A stretch of 64,000 bases of DNA from Chrysomallon squamiferum (Eukaryota; Animalia; Mollusca): NCBI GenBank assembly GCA_012295275.1, contig CM022672.1, forward strand, positions 2,418,001 through 2,482,000, in the 5' to 3' direction. Under the pieces are notes generated by a model. The model ran no database searches. It was not told the DNA's origin and worked only from the letters and a program-made list of their open reading frames with translations. The position numbers were made by a program, and so were the translations under genes. Shown here one piece after another: positions 16,061-30,886 of this stretch. The number at the start of each line of letters is the position of its first letter. Position 1 is the first letter of the stretch.

Positions 16061-17127
16061 AAACAACTGAGCGAGAACATCGTCATGAACAGCTTTCTGA
16101 ATTGCATGGATGTAGAAAAAACATTTTGTAATAATAACTATATGAACAAACAAAGAAAACTAATACGCTGTGAAGTCTTATTTCCATATATATATATATA
16201 TACTTAAATTTTAGCTCGGATCTTTTTCTTTGAAACAAGATGTTGAAACAGCGCTGACGGCAAGCAAACAAAACAAAGATATATCGTCCATGCGATACGA
16301 TATTGTCTGCAGAGGCCTCTCAAAGAAGTCGATGAGATCACTGATTTTTCCATTACACTAAATTATCTTAAGTAAGGATAGAAACGAAGACTCAAAACAA
16401 AAAAAATAAAATAAAATGTGAGAGAGAAGATACCCAAGAAAAAATATCGATGATCATTGCTGCAGATTTGATTTCACTCATACAACAAAGGTAATATCAG
16501 CTTATGCGCTAAAACGTGTTCGTAAGAATACCAGCTTTTACTGTTTCATTTTGTTTTATCTTTCTCCATTATTCCTACGTAGCACAGGTATTGCGACCTC
16601 GTGTGAAATTCATGTCGCAGTAATGAACTATTCTTATGAAGAAAGTTGACGCCAGTTAGCTTTCTGCATGCATACAAATAAAGAGGAAAAAAGAATTTCA
16701 GTTAAAAAAGAAAGAAGAAAAGAATTTAATGGAGAGAAAAAAAAAGAGAGAAAGAAGAAAAAAAAATATTTTAATGTAGAAAATTCTTCTCGTTTAGAAA
16801 CACCTATTTGTTGGTAATTTAACCCTAACTGCTTCAGTCTTTGGACCGCGTGAGTCTAGATTTACATTTTTCTTTAATGTATTTTGTTGCTGTTATTGTT
16901 CTTTTTATTGCTGTTTTCCGCATTTTTTACTCATTATTTATACTTGTGTCTCTGTGTCTGTTTCTGTGTGTCTGTTTGTCTCCCTGTCGGTATTTTTGTG
17001 TCTTCTTTATCCTCTCTTTTTTTCTATTTATCTCTGTCGTTCTCATTACACTAAGACACTAAATACATTAAGTACTTAGTATATTAAAATTGCTAGTACG
17101 ACTATTTTTTCATTCCACTCAGTTTAC

Positions 17128-17129
<2 letters not shown>

Positions 17130-17220
<91 letters not shown>
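17130..17220. repeat. (GA)n microsatellite
   Basis: Direct reading. Confidence 0.95.
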
Positions 17221-17223
<3 letters not shown>

Positions 17224-17722
17224 TATATGTTATAAAAATATTTTTTACAATTATAATATTATAAGATATTGAGGTACTATTAATTTATACACATTTTGCA
17301 TATTAACTGTTGATCTAAAGTAAAACACTGATATAAAAAACATTTCTTTATCTGTGCGCCTTCTGTTGAAAGCTCATAGGTAAATGTATTTATTAACTCC
17401 TGTAGCTGTGCAAAGTTAATTTCTAGGAAAATGGAGACAAAAATAATAAATGAATTATATTTCATTCATTCATTAAACCCTAGCGGATATAACTAACTGT
17501 CTCACGTGTTAAGTTCTAACCTAATATGACACTGGCCTTGGGTAATTTCTTATAAAACAAAAGTATTCCCTAACCAAATGCACAAGATAATGCACAAACA
17601 CATTTATAACAAATGGTATCAGTAACATATACAAGAAGACTCCGAGATTTAAACAAAATAAAAAAAAACGAAAAAAAAAAAAAAAAAAAAAAAAAAAAGA
17701 AAGAAGACATAAAGAAACGAAA

Positions 17723-17755
<33 letters not shown>

Positions 17756-18059
17756 ACCAAGAAAAAGAAGCCAGAAAAACAAATAAAGATAAAAAGAAAA
17801 AAGAACTCCTCTGTCATGTCAAATTTAAATAACATTTTTACGTAAGTGACAACTTTGCACAAATGTGATTTAATTGCTTGTTTGTCCACAGACTGCTGCA
17901 CGACTGATGTGAACATGCAGCGTCTCGATGTCTTTCCTGCACGCTGTGACAAATCTCTTTCTCGTGTCAACATTCCACAGTCAACGAAGGCATTCAGCTT
18001 TAATTTTAAACATTAAATTAGAAAATGTCTACAGTACTTTTTTTTTTCTTTGTCGTACT

Positions 18060-18296
<237 letters not shown>

Positions 18297-19105
18297 TTAC
18301 TTTGTTTATATTTAATGTCTGCTTATGTATAAGTTTCTTTCGCATTCTCCCGAAAAAAAATTGGAATCAGGATGCATTTTAAAACTGATTTCTGATTTTG
18401 TTCGTTTACTTTCTTGGTCTCTTTCATTCTGTTTTTATATCTGTGCATGTACTGGCATCTGTCTCTATTATATGTGTCTGTAAATGTGTATTTCACAGTG
18501 TGTGTGGTATGTATTACATTCTGCATTATGTTATTCAAAGCACACTTTAGATATACCTACTTGACGCTCTTTAAATGGGTTAGTTTGTTTTGGGTTTGTT
18601 AACATGTCGTTAACTTTAGGTCATGTTCTTCACAACAACGCACTACCAACGTAAAACTGATGTGTAGATGATGTTTTCTTATTATTAACTAGTTATTTAA
18701 CCTATTTTAGTATAAAGTTGTATCATCGTCATTGTCATCATCTTTATCATTGTAACCTTTGGCGAAAGAAAAATTCAGATAATAACAAAAGTTGAAAAAA
18801 AACCATCTATTATCAACAAACTTATTGAATTATCTACTATTTCCCTTCAGTCTTTTTTTTTTTAACTTTCTTACCTTTCACATACAGACACACACGCATA
18901 TGCTAACGCACATATATACATCCATCCATCCATATACACATATGTACACACATGCATACATAGATAATATATACGTACATACATACAAACGTTACATAGC
19001 TAAAACAGCGTAAGTTTCATAAATACAATTATGTATAAGTATATGTTAAGCGAGTAATAGATATACAACAGAGAAAAGTATAGTTAGAAAGACATACATA
19101 CATAC

Positions 19106-19240
<135 letters not shown>

Positions 19241-20022
19241 AAGAGAGAGATATTCAGGCGAGAAACTGCCATTGAAATACAGTCCTTTCATTATTTTCCT
19301 AGTGTTAATGAGGTTAGTTTCTTGTATAATGACATGTTTATCTGTGTCTCGGCGACAAAATGAACATTAAGCAATAAATGGAATGCATCATTATCATCAT
19401 CAGTGTTTTCACAATCTCTTTTCTGTCTTGAAAAACATTCGAGAACATTCCTTCACACAATCCGCCGGATTGCTTCAATTTTGTCAGATTTCACAATGTT
19501 TAGACATCGAGAAAGGTGTCACCGTGGTCGTCGAATTACCGACAACATCGGCACGAATTCTTTTGTGCGAGCAAGTCCCAGGGGCATCTTGGGTGTTTCA
19601 TGAAACCGCTGCGTTGCCCCGTCCCCGTTGATTCTGCAAACGTTTGAAAGAGCCACGCGTGACGGCCCTTAAATTTAAAACGTTGGAGGAAAATGCAACA
19701 GACGGGTAATCAAGTGCTAATTTCGACAATCAAACAAACTGCAATTCGAGACTCTGTTCTTGAATTGTTACCCAACAGACGTCTTCGGTGGGATGCAGCC
19801 GACAATAGCGGCTTGAAACGGACAAGTTGTGTCTTTGTTGTGTCCTCTGGCTTTCCCTATTGGCCCATCACGTTTATGCAACAGTCGACGCTTCTTCGAA
19901 ATCCTAATTCGTCAACACGGGTTCATGCCTCACAAGAGGAGAAGGTCCTGAACAATGGCTGGACAACTTCCTACACGGAGTCATTAAGCCATATGTTTGT
20001 GTCGTTTCTGGATTTAACGACT

Positions 20023-20211
<189 letters not shown>

Positions 20212-20848
20212 CATTTCTTTGTCCAGTTATATCATTATCATAGCTTGCAGAATAAAATATAAAAAAAATAGTCTGTGAACGTTTTGTTATTTCAGCCAAA
20301 TCATTGTCTTCACAATAGTTAAATATAATGTCATTGATTTCACCTATCTTTCATTATAATAGCACCATATTCTAGTTAAATTATACGTGGCATCTCTCTT
20401 CGAAACAAGATTTCTGACGGTGATATATCTACCAATCAGATTTTTGTCTTAAAATATACCTTATTTTACTGAAAGAAGTTTATAGAATATGAGATATCTA
20501 GCATTTTATTTCTTTTATCAACAAAATCGGTCTGTTACATAAATCAAACTGGCATCGAGCTGCCGTAAAATGAACTCATAACAAAGCACCAAAACGACGG
20601 TAAAATTGAAGACTCGTATATCATGCTATCGGAAATTGTTTCCGCACAACTGTGTAGATAATAACTACTGTAATATTATCTTTATTACCTGTTTGCCACT
20701 TTTTCCGTTTTTACCAACGCACAGTGGGATAACATTTTAATGACCGTTTACTTCAACAAAGGAGAGGATATTTATATATATATATATAATCACGACAAAA
20801 AGAAACGTTACAACAGCTTTAAATAACGATATATGTATATATATATAA

Positions 20849-21260
20849 TATGCATGAAGTAAAAAGTATTGAAAATATCAGTATCGCAATAAGCACTAAA
20901 AATATGAGTTATGTAACCTCCAGTAATAATGTCAGAATTGGTCAAAATCCAACATTCAACTTCATGGACAATGTGTAGAGCACTTGGAGAATCACTCCAA
21001 TTCAGTGACTCTCAGATTAACAGCAAGTTTGACCACCACCCCTTGCCGCAATACATGCAAATGCTCTTGGATACACAGAAGATGTCAGTCCACTGATAAG
21101 GTTGACCGAGATACGTAGCCATTCATTTTGGAGACCAGACTCAGTTCTGGCTGCTTGGCTGGAGAGTCTGAACGTTTCTGACCACGGCGAGCCATTACTT
21201 CTCATAGATGTTCTATTGGAGACATTCGTGGCGAGAAATCAGTTTTTTACTGAAGAACCG
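20849..21260 (-). mobile_element. Degenerate Tc1/mariner (Tc1-like) DNA transposon remnant: transposase C-terminus plus probable terminal inverted repeat
   Basis: Minus strand reads DFSPRMSPIEHL*EVMARRGQ (cf. Tc1 SPDLNPIEHLW motif, W to stop). After a frameshift it reads LQNEWLRISVNLISGLTSSVYPRAFACIAARGGGQTCC* (cf. Tc1 C-terminal EW..I....I..L..SM..R...CI.A.GG.T.Y). The end near 20849, tatgcatgaagtaaaaagtattg, resembles a decayed Tc1 TIR next to TA. Confidence 0.8.
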
Positions 21261-21883
21261 CTCTAACAATATATTTAAAATTTAATCTGCATTTCTAAAG
21301 AACATAATGTATTTTAAATGATATATAAATAATAAAAGTAATAAATAAATAGTAAAAAATAATATACAAATAATAAAAATAATATGTAAAATAATAATGA
21401 TAATAATAAATGACAAAAACAAAAACGAAGTAAACAGCATTAGAATGCTGTGACTATGTCAGTGAAGTTCCTCTCTTGTATGGCGTTAACCACGACTCTG
21501 GTTAAGAGAGTAACTATCTGGGGGTCACGACCCAAATTGGCCGCCATTATAATCCCATCAAAGAGAATCTGTTAAAGACTGTAAACTGGGGAGATCTCTA
21601 ATCACTAATCACCTGTCGACAACAGTTCATCTGGTGACCACTAAAGATTTCAGCAAAACAAGTTTTTAATTATTCGTTTTCAGAAAGTATAGACACTGCC
21701 CCATACTTCAGACACAACTCATCACTGAGGCTTTATTCTCGAGATCACTTTAATGTTTCATCTCTTTTTCACTTTATTTAATGTAAACTGTCTGCATGAA
21801 TATCGATATCTGTGTCTATGTGTCTATATAGGGATACACCCAAACCCACATACACATACATGTATGTAAGCAAACATACAGAC

Positions 21884-21924
<41 letters not shown>

Positions 21925-23169
21925 TACATACATATACATACATACATATACATACATATTAATACATACATATAAACATGCATACATATACGTACATATA
22001 TAAATACATATATATACATAAATACATATAAACGTATATACATAAATACATAAATACATACATACACAGGTAAATAACATACACATATATCATAGAACAA
22101 TTGAGAAAGAAGAAGAAGAAAAAGACCCAAGAAGGTGATGGTGGTCGGGAAGTGACCCGTAGAGAGCGACATCAGTTTGAAATACACTGCGTCTTTGTTG
22201 GTGGCTTTTAAAAGCTTTGCTTATCAGCTGCGTTTTAGTTAAACCTATTTAACAAAGGTAATCCGAAAGGCATTCCCATTTAAATGTGCTAAATGATTGG
22301 GAAATATGATTCTTTTTTAACAGTTACATGAAATATCAAATGTAGACGTTAACACGGCGGTCGCCTTTGTATGGGAAGATGTAGCATCAGGATGATGGCA
22401 AGTACGAATTTACTCGGCTTTGTTCGTCCAGCGCTGATCAAAGATAATATTTATACCAAATCTAGACCACATACATTCAAATAAAAAAACATAAGTCAAT
22501 ACAAATCTCGCACTTATTTTTCAGCCCTAGCAGTTAATTGAAATGAAATCCGAACGTATTTGTTCCCACATCGAAAGGCTAATTAGACAGCTAAAACCAT
22601 TATTTTTTATTTTGCCCCTTTTTTCCCCATCAAGATTTAATCTCGTGTATGTGTGTATGTGTACACAGAATAATCTCGTCTTATTTGCGGTATCTTTTTT
22701 TTATCTCATATCACATTTTTCTTATAACAAAACTGTCGTCTATAAAACGTATTTGCCCAGCGTCTGTAGCCATGTCCGATCGTGGTTTGTTGTTGTTGTA
22801 ACTATAAAGGATAAGCATTCATGCGAACTCCTCGCGAATTCTTGAGGAATCTCGCACAAACGTGTGAGACACCCAGTGTGGTTTGGAGATCTCTGGTCCT
22901 GGCGTTAGCCAATGGTTATTTAAGAACTTTTTGTACTATCTGTCTTGTTTCTTTATCGATAAAAGAAAAAAAAATGTAGCATTATTTTTTTCTGGTTCTG
23001 AAGAGATATTTGCACATTAATAGATACAGAAAAAATAAGATGATGTTTGAATTCTGAGGAAAAAAAATGGTTGAAAACGACTACTGATAATTTGTATATG
23101 AACCTTTGAAAAAGAAGACTTCTATTTGTTCTTCTTAATATATCTCTCTACCTTTCTTTCCCTCCCTCC

Positions 23170-23272
<103 letters not shown>

Positions 23273-24042
23273 CATTTTCCTAATTTAGGAACACACTGAT
23301 TAATCTATTAGATGTCACAACGACCCTCCGCAAAAACCTGTTTTTAATGACCATCCCTGCGATCTACTTTCATATTCCTTGCTTGTATCTTTTAACGTTG
23401 GACGTTTCTTTAACTTAAAGCCATGTCGCCTAATTTCGCCTTTTGCGTGTGGCTGCTAATGCCCCTGCATGTTCGCAGTTTTTCGTTAAGTTTTTCTACG
23501 GGCTTGTCTTAAGACCTGAGCAAATCCCACTTCTGTTTACCAACAGCTCTGCAAGATCTTCTTCCAAAGAAAGGCGGACGGAGAACTGCAAGTGCTTCGC
23601 AGACGTCATGATCCCCAGATGGGCAAGGCCAAACTGTCGTCTGCTAAAGTCGGATTCGGAGCAGAAGCTCGTCCAGGTGGGTCCAACAATCGTGTTCGTG
23701 TGTTGTGTGCAAAGAAGTCGCGACTGCCGAGGAGTTAAATGTCAAGAACGGTTCGACGAATAACAACACAATGTATGTCGTCGTTTACGGCATGCTTTTC
23801 GGCTATTGGAAGAAATCTTTTATTTAACTCAGCGCATTTTTAACTTACTGTTTCTTGACGTCATATATATAAGGTTATTCAGCTGAGGTTTGCAGTTAAA
23901 CTGACCTATAATATTTTCACTTTTCCAATTGCAGAGCAGAAAGAAAGGTATTATTAGTGTAGTAATTTAGTGCACAGTGAATGAAGAAAATTTACTGAAA
24001 TGGAATCATGATATATTAATTCAATGGCAGTTTCAAGAAGGC

Positions 24043-24076
<34 letters not shown>

Positions 24077-25065
24077 TCTTTGGTTTACTTTTCCTATGAC
24101 GTTTGAAAAATATCTTATTAAAAAAAAAAGTAATAATAATAATAATAATTTAAAAGAGTACATTATTAATTAATATATGAGAGATCACCAGCTGTTATTA
24201 AAGAATAAAAAATAAAAAATAATGAAAATAATTTCTTGTTGCATTCACGATTTTCATAAATTACCTGCTGTGAAACAAAACAAAGCTATAAGTAATAAAA
24301 GATCAAGTATACTGTGGGTGGGAACTGCTAAAGATAAATTATCATATTTAAATAGACGTGTTTTTATTTTTTTATTTTTTTTTTTAAATTGATATCATAT
24401 TCATGTTTTCATTCCGATCTTTTGCTTTTCATACGATCACAATTAATACAAAAAACACCAGCAGAGAGATACGTCTTTGAACAGCAATAAATCCGTGAAT
24501 AATCCCTAACTTCAATTTCCTCCGTAGATGAATACGAAAATGAACTCATGACGAAAGTATTCATTTTATGCTTATTCCACGCACCATTAAACACGATGGC
24601 AAAGAAAAGCACGAATTTTAAAACATCTCTGTGCGTCATCATCAGTAAAGTTATGAATAAACAAATAACAAAAGAGTGATGTGGCAGAAATGCAGGCTGG
24701 AGTTTTGTACCACGCAACTAATAAATCAATTTAACACTGGTATTCAATCGTTTTACTACGCGAGATACCATCTTGTTTTATCAGACAGTCTCTGTGGATA
24801 ATACCTGTTATTCTTTTTGCCTTTAGGCCATCGTGTGTCACTGAACGATTTGGTGACAGGAAAATCATTAGACGGCAAGTAAAAAAAATTAGGTGTAAAT
24901 GTATAGAAGAAAACAGAAAGAAATTGATGACACTTTTGAAACTTTTTTTATTAATTTTATTTATGCGTCACCAGGAAAGAAAGATTAACGTGCTTATTTT
25001 CTCACAACATGTCCTTATACCGGTATTTTTAACCTTAGGATAATATTTATTTGTATAACGACACC

Positions 25066-25123
<58 letters not shown>

Positions 25124-25587
25124 TGATTATCGGGTTCCCACTATACTAATTTTTTCTTTTACAAAATATCTCACAGTATATTATTCAAAAAGTAGATAAT
25201 AATAATAATAATAATAATAATAATAGAAACGATTCAATGGGCTACCGATATCAGTAACTTAGAACTATTACACGATAGAAAGGAAAGAAATGACAGGTAT
25301 TAAATCAGTCATTCAATACTAAAAGGAAAAGGAAATGAGCTCAGTTGATCCTACGCTCTTTCACACATCAAGTCTAGTATGTAAACAACGGCGGGTAGCA
25401 GCTGAGAGCACAGCTGGATCATTCCTCGTCACAGCCAAAGTCACACGAAACATTTGTCAAAGGCTGTGTGGTTTACATTTTCCTGTCTGTGGGAAGGTAC
25501 ACATAAATGATCTTTTGCCGCTAATCGAAGAAAGTAGCGTATCGTATAGCTTCATCTCTACTTATCTGTACTGTCCGTTTAAATATT

Positions 25588-25710
<123 letters not shown>

Positions 25711-25800
25711 TTAAGAACTGTTCAGGTTCGTCGATATAAGTGAGTACGTTTCATTAGTAACTTATTAATTCTTCTTATCAAATTGCTCTGCTCTGGAGCA

Positions 25801-25982
25801 GTCCAGTTAAGCATAGATATGCATAGTCCAGTTAAACATAGATATGCATAGTCCAGTTAAACATAGATATGCATAGTCCAGTTAAACATAGATATGCATA
25901 GTCCAGTTAAGCATATGTCTGCATAGTCCAGTTAAACATATATCTGCATAGTCCAGTTAAGCATAGATCTGCATAGCCCAGT
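25801..25982. repeat. Minisatellite, about 7.3 copies of 25-bp unit GTCCAGTTAA(A/G)CATAGATATGCATA
   Basis: Units start at 25801, 25826, 25851, 25876, 25901, 25926 and 25951 with few substitutions; no unique spacers. Confidence 0.95.
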
Positions 25983-26151
25983 GCCTCTCTGACTGCATGG
26001 CTTTTGAGTGTGTGGCAAATGGCACGAATGACTAATGGGCATAAACCCCAAATATGACCCAATATATCCACGGATTAAAATGTATTTAGCGCATCGCTAG
26101 TTTAAGTATTTCATCAAACAAACTTCAACTTCTGGGCTAACTATTTATAAA

Positions 26152-26214
26152 ACATATTTTGTGACTGTGTTTACTTAAGTGTTTTACTTAAATAAACACA
26201 GTCACAAAATATGT
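26152..26214. repeat. 29-bp inverted repeat with 5-nt loop (one mismatch)
   Basis: acatattttgtgactgtgtttacttaagt-gtttt-acttaaataaacacagtcacaaaatatgt. Confidence 0.9.
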
Positions 26215-26933
26215 ATTTTATAGTTTATGTATCAACACACTTATAATAGAAATAAGACTTTAATCTCTGTTCCTCAAATTTTATTTTATTACTGCATTTG
26301 TATTATCTATAAACATTTAGTTTCTATTTGCTCATAGTAATAAATGATTGTTTGCTGAATACACTTTACAGAAATAGTTTCAGAATAAACCTTACATAAA
26401 GTAAACCTTTGTTTTGCATTGTATCTTGAATAAATAACAGTAATTGATAGCCGCTGTAAATCATTTTGACACTTAATACCAATGTTGTTAAAGTAAGAGT
26501 TGGAATCTTCTGATCCTTTTTTTTTTTAAATTCTGTTTAAAGGTACTGTGGATTGTTTTGTGTATGATGATTTTTTTGAAGTCAGAATGAGAGAGTTCGT
26601 CCATTGCTTCTGTCACTGAAAATTACCAAATTGTAATGACTGGATTCAACCGTTAAATTTGAAAAACTGGAAGCTTCTTGGTTCATATTTCGAAATCTCC
26701 TGCATCCATCTTCATTATCTTTTAATTCATGTATGAAAACTGTCATAGAAATTTTTAAATTTCCGTCGTCTTGTTTTTAAACATTTAAAGTGATCTACCG
26801 ATCTACCTATGTGTCTGTCTTTCTCTGTGTTTATCTATATCTGTTTATCTGTCTGTCTGTCTATCTATCTTCGTTTATCTGTATGTAATTCTAAACACAC
26901 ACACATACACATGCACACACACATACACAAACA

Positions 26934-26964
<31 letters not shown>

Positions 26965-29106
26965 TACACACACTAATACATATTTTAATTTGAAGATGAT
27001 AAATATTACATATTTTACAGCATTGCCAATGTAATAATCTTTATTGCGTCATAAAATCTGTCGTATATCCGGCACCTTTTCTGCAGTTCTATAAAATGGA
27101 AATGTGTTTACCACACCTACTTTAGACACAAAGACGTGTGTACATGACAGATATTATGTATTAAAACAGATGTTTTATGCAAAATATGCAATCACTTTGG
27201 CTACGTTTTATTGCCTGAAAGGAACGTGCCATGACACATATAAGATGGAATATGGCATTTTATTTAAATAACTTTCTGAATTAAAAACGATTTCGTAACT
27301 TGAGGTCATGTGTTAAAATTCACAACACGAACATTTCGCGAGACGTTTTTGTTTTTTCAGAGAGTTTATGATGGTGTAATAATCGTTAAAAGTGTTAAAA
27401 CGACAGATACTCCCTAATTTTACAAGTGAATAATGTGAGTATGAGGGGGCAAAAGTTTGAAAAGTAAAAAGTAAAAAGAAGAAGAGAAAATAAATCAAAT
27501 ATAAAGATGGTATTTTTTTTTTTTTTTTAAGCGAGTTTGGTTAAAAACCGTTAAATGTTATGTTCGGAAAAGATAGCTCGCTTCTTTTCTGAATTTCTTC
27601 AGTGACGGTTTTAAGCTGTTCTGCTCTGCTATGACTCTTTATTTTAACGGCTAATATCAAGGATAGTAAACGAGACAGACAATGGAACATTAAAGGTAAA
27701 ACTAATGTTCATTAGTCTTTCTGTTACATTCAATTAACGTTTATGTGTTTCGAATACTGATTTAGGATTTGTGGCAGAATTTATTAACAGTTTTTTTTCC
27801 TGTCTTTCTTTTTTCTTTTTTTTTTCACATTACAATTTGAACTGGAAATCTGCTGTATGAATTCGATTGTCGTACATTTTAAAGATATACATTTCGGCAA
27901 TGTTTTATAAATAAATCGAACTAATATAGTATTTTGTGAAAGAGTTCTGATCAAGTTTATTCTGCTCCAAACTGTATTGCAGTCACAGAATCCTGAGAAG
28001 TGACTTGTTTGCCTTATTTTTGCTGTATTGCAGAATTTCACCTGGTATGTACTTTTTGTTAGAAAATCGAAATACATTCACAGATTGCAGAAACATAAAA
28101 ACTTTAAAAAACTTACAGCTCGAATATGTATAGAAATGAAACAATACTGCTGCCTGCTTGTTGTTGTTTTTTTGGTTTCATTTTGCATATATTTTTCTAT
28201 CAATACATAAACTTATTTTTCTGCATTTTTTGTTCGGTTTATTTATTTATTTATTTATTTATTTATTATTAGTTATTTATTTTAAAACAAAAATTTATAA
28301 TTTATTCATTATTTCATTTCTCACTTCGTTAAATGTTTTACAAGAATTAAATGTATGTTGTTTTTTTTTTTTTTTTTTTTTTTTCCCTCCCCCCTTCATG
28401 GGCTCATTTTAGCTTCAAAGACAATTATATGTACTTGTTATTCTAACTTTAAAGAAGATAATTCGTGGTTAGCTTTGTGTCTGAAGTCAGGCCTACCTCC
28501 ATCGAGACGCCGGTTTGTTTGTTTGCATTATTGACTGATACGACAAGTGACGGATACTATAACCCGCAGTGTTTACTTATGCGTCTTTTTAATATTTGTC
28601 ACACTGCGGTTATGCCATACCTGTAGAAAGAACAAAAGATGTTAAAAAAGTAGACAAAAGAATCTTGCATGTCAGCTCCCTTTGGAAATGATTGCTGCTA
28701 TTATCGGTTAGACGTGTACATGCGTATTTTGGACCAGATTACGTTTGTGCAAAACGTGTTTGCCAGTGAGACACGTGGTCTCCTGTTACGTCTGTGCAGA
28801 ACTGTGATTAAAATACGACTTTAAAACAAACACAGCAGACAGCGAAAAGTTTACGTAACTTGTCAGCTTTCTGCACTGCACTAGTTTTCGCTATCTTTGC
28901 ATGTCCGTGTATATGTGTCCTCGTACGAGAGTACATGAGCGTGTGTATATGCCATGCATATATACATATGTATGCACATATGATTTTTTGTCTGTGTGTA
29001 ATTATAGTTATAGATAGCTTGAAATTCGGAACAGCATGCAGTCAGAAACAGCACTTTGACTGCAGTTTTAAAGAAAAGGTGCATGCTGGAGAAAAAAAAA
29101 TGATAA

Positions 29107-29163
<57 letters not shown>

Positions 29164-30473
29164 ATATGCAGATAAATGATTCACTGCAGTAATGATAATA
29201 TTAAAAGCTGAATGGAACAAAACAACTAATCTGATCAAAATGCTTACGTTCTGTTTACCCGACTTAATTTTTCGAACTCTGAGGGCTGTGTAAATGTGTG
29301 TATGTGTGTGTGTTTGTACGTTTGTATGTTTGTATGTTTGTATGTGTGTGTGTATGTGCTGCTGTCGTCTGTTGTTTAAATAAAGATATTAATATTAGTA
29401 ATGGTAAACAGTAGTGAATACAAAAAATGAAAGACAAATATTTAAATTATTTTTTATTCTATGAACAAACAAACAAGTACATATATCAAAACTGGTAGAA
29501 CGTGAATGTGATCATAAAAGATTGAAAGTGTGTTACAAACTATCTTTTCATTGCTGATACCGAAATAATAAAAATAAACATACATACATAGAGACACACA
29601 AACACACACACACACATGCACATACACATGCATAAATACATACATACATACATACAAAAATGCAGGTATACATTAAATATTTTCGTTAGCTCTTAGATAT
29701 TTGTTATTTTGGAAAGTATTTAATGCCTTTCATACATCTAGAATGCACTTAAACCAACAATGAAACTTAAACACATTAGTAACGACGATTGTTAATCATC
29801 TTACAAGATGACATCAGATAGATATTTGCGGTTACGTGTAATCTGGCAAAGAATAATGTTTCTGTGGGCGTTGTTCGTTATTTGCAAATTAACAGCTTCC
29901 TGCATTCTGCACACAACATCTACCTGCATACCAACAGTTTGAACGAAATGACGTAAATGCGCTTCGTAACCCCGGGCAAGACTCCGCAGGACCGTTAATT
30001 CATGCGACCTTTCAGACTTCTAACTGCCAAGGAACGCAAAGGGTTAACTTTGACAAGAATTACAAGTAGAAAACCTGAAGTTTATTGCAGCAAAATGTGC
30101 ATTTACACAGAAGGTGCGGCTACTTCAAAGAGGATGTCAGTTAATACCGGTATTAATGATTTAAAAGTTCGCGCGAAAACACCCCGTATCTTGACCTCAA
30201 GTTTGCTGCCCAACGTGAGCCTTACATCACATATGAGACGCACTACATCTCTTCGACAATTAGCGAAAGTAAATGTATTTCCTTAGACAGGTTCACATCA
30301 GTATTCAAACTGTCGCGGTAACAGTAACGAACAAAATAAATAATATTGTTCATTTTCTTATGGCTAATAATGAATGCAAACATAAAGTTGCTGTTCAACT
30401 TTATAATTCACAAACCAAAATAAAAACAGCAACAACAAAAAATCTGAATGGCATGCTGAAAATTTCGGTAGTC

Positions 30474-30597
<124 letters not shown>

Positions 30598-30855
30598 GGT
30601 GTCTGCTTGTTTTCTGCTTTTCTCACTAAGAAAAGATTGCTTTGTTTTTCTATTAAGTAGTGAGTTATACAATTATTACTCATCTACTCATTTTTCCCAA
30701 AATAGATCCATAAATATCCAAAATTTGAGCCTGCATGTGTGTATCCAATATTCATCTATGAATATTCAAATTGGAATGCAAATATATGAAAATATGAAGA
30801 AAAATTAAAAGTATATTAAAAGTAAAAGAAATATTAATATAGAAATTGCTCTGAG

Positions 30856-30886
<31 letters not shown>

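Noticed and set aside
16820-16831. TAACCCTAACTG matching the metazoan telomerase RNA template region
   Set aside because: Followed by low-complexity T-rich sequence; no pseudoknot, CR4/5 or H/ACA features visible.
25801-25982. CRISPR-like appearance of the 25-bp repeat
   Set aside because: Head-to-tail units without unique spacers, eukaryotic context, no cas genes.
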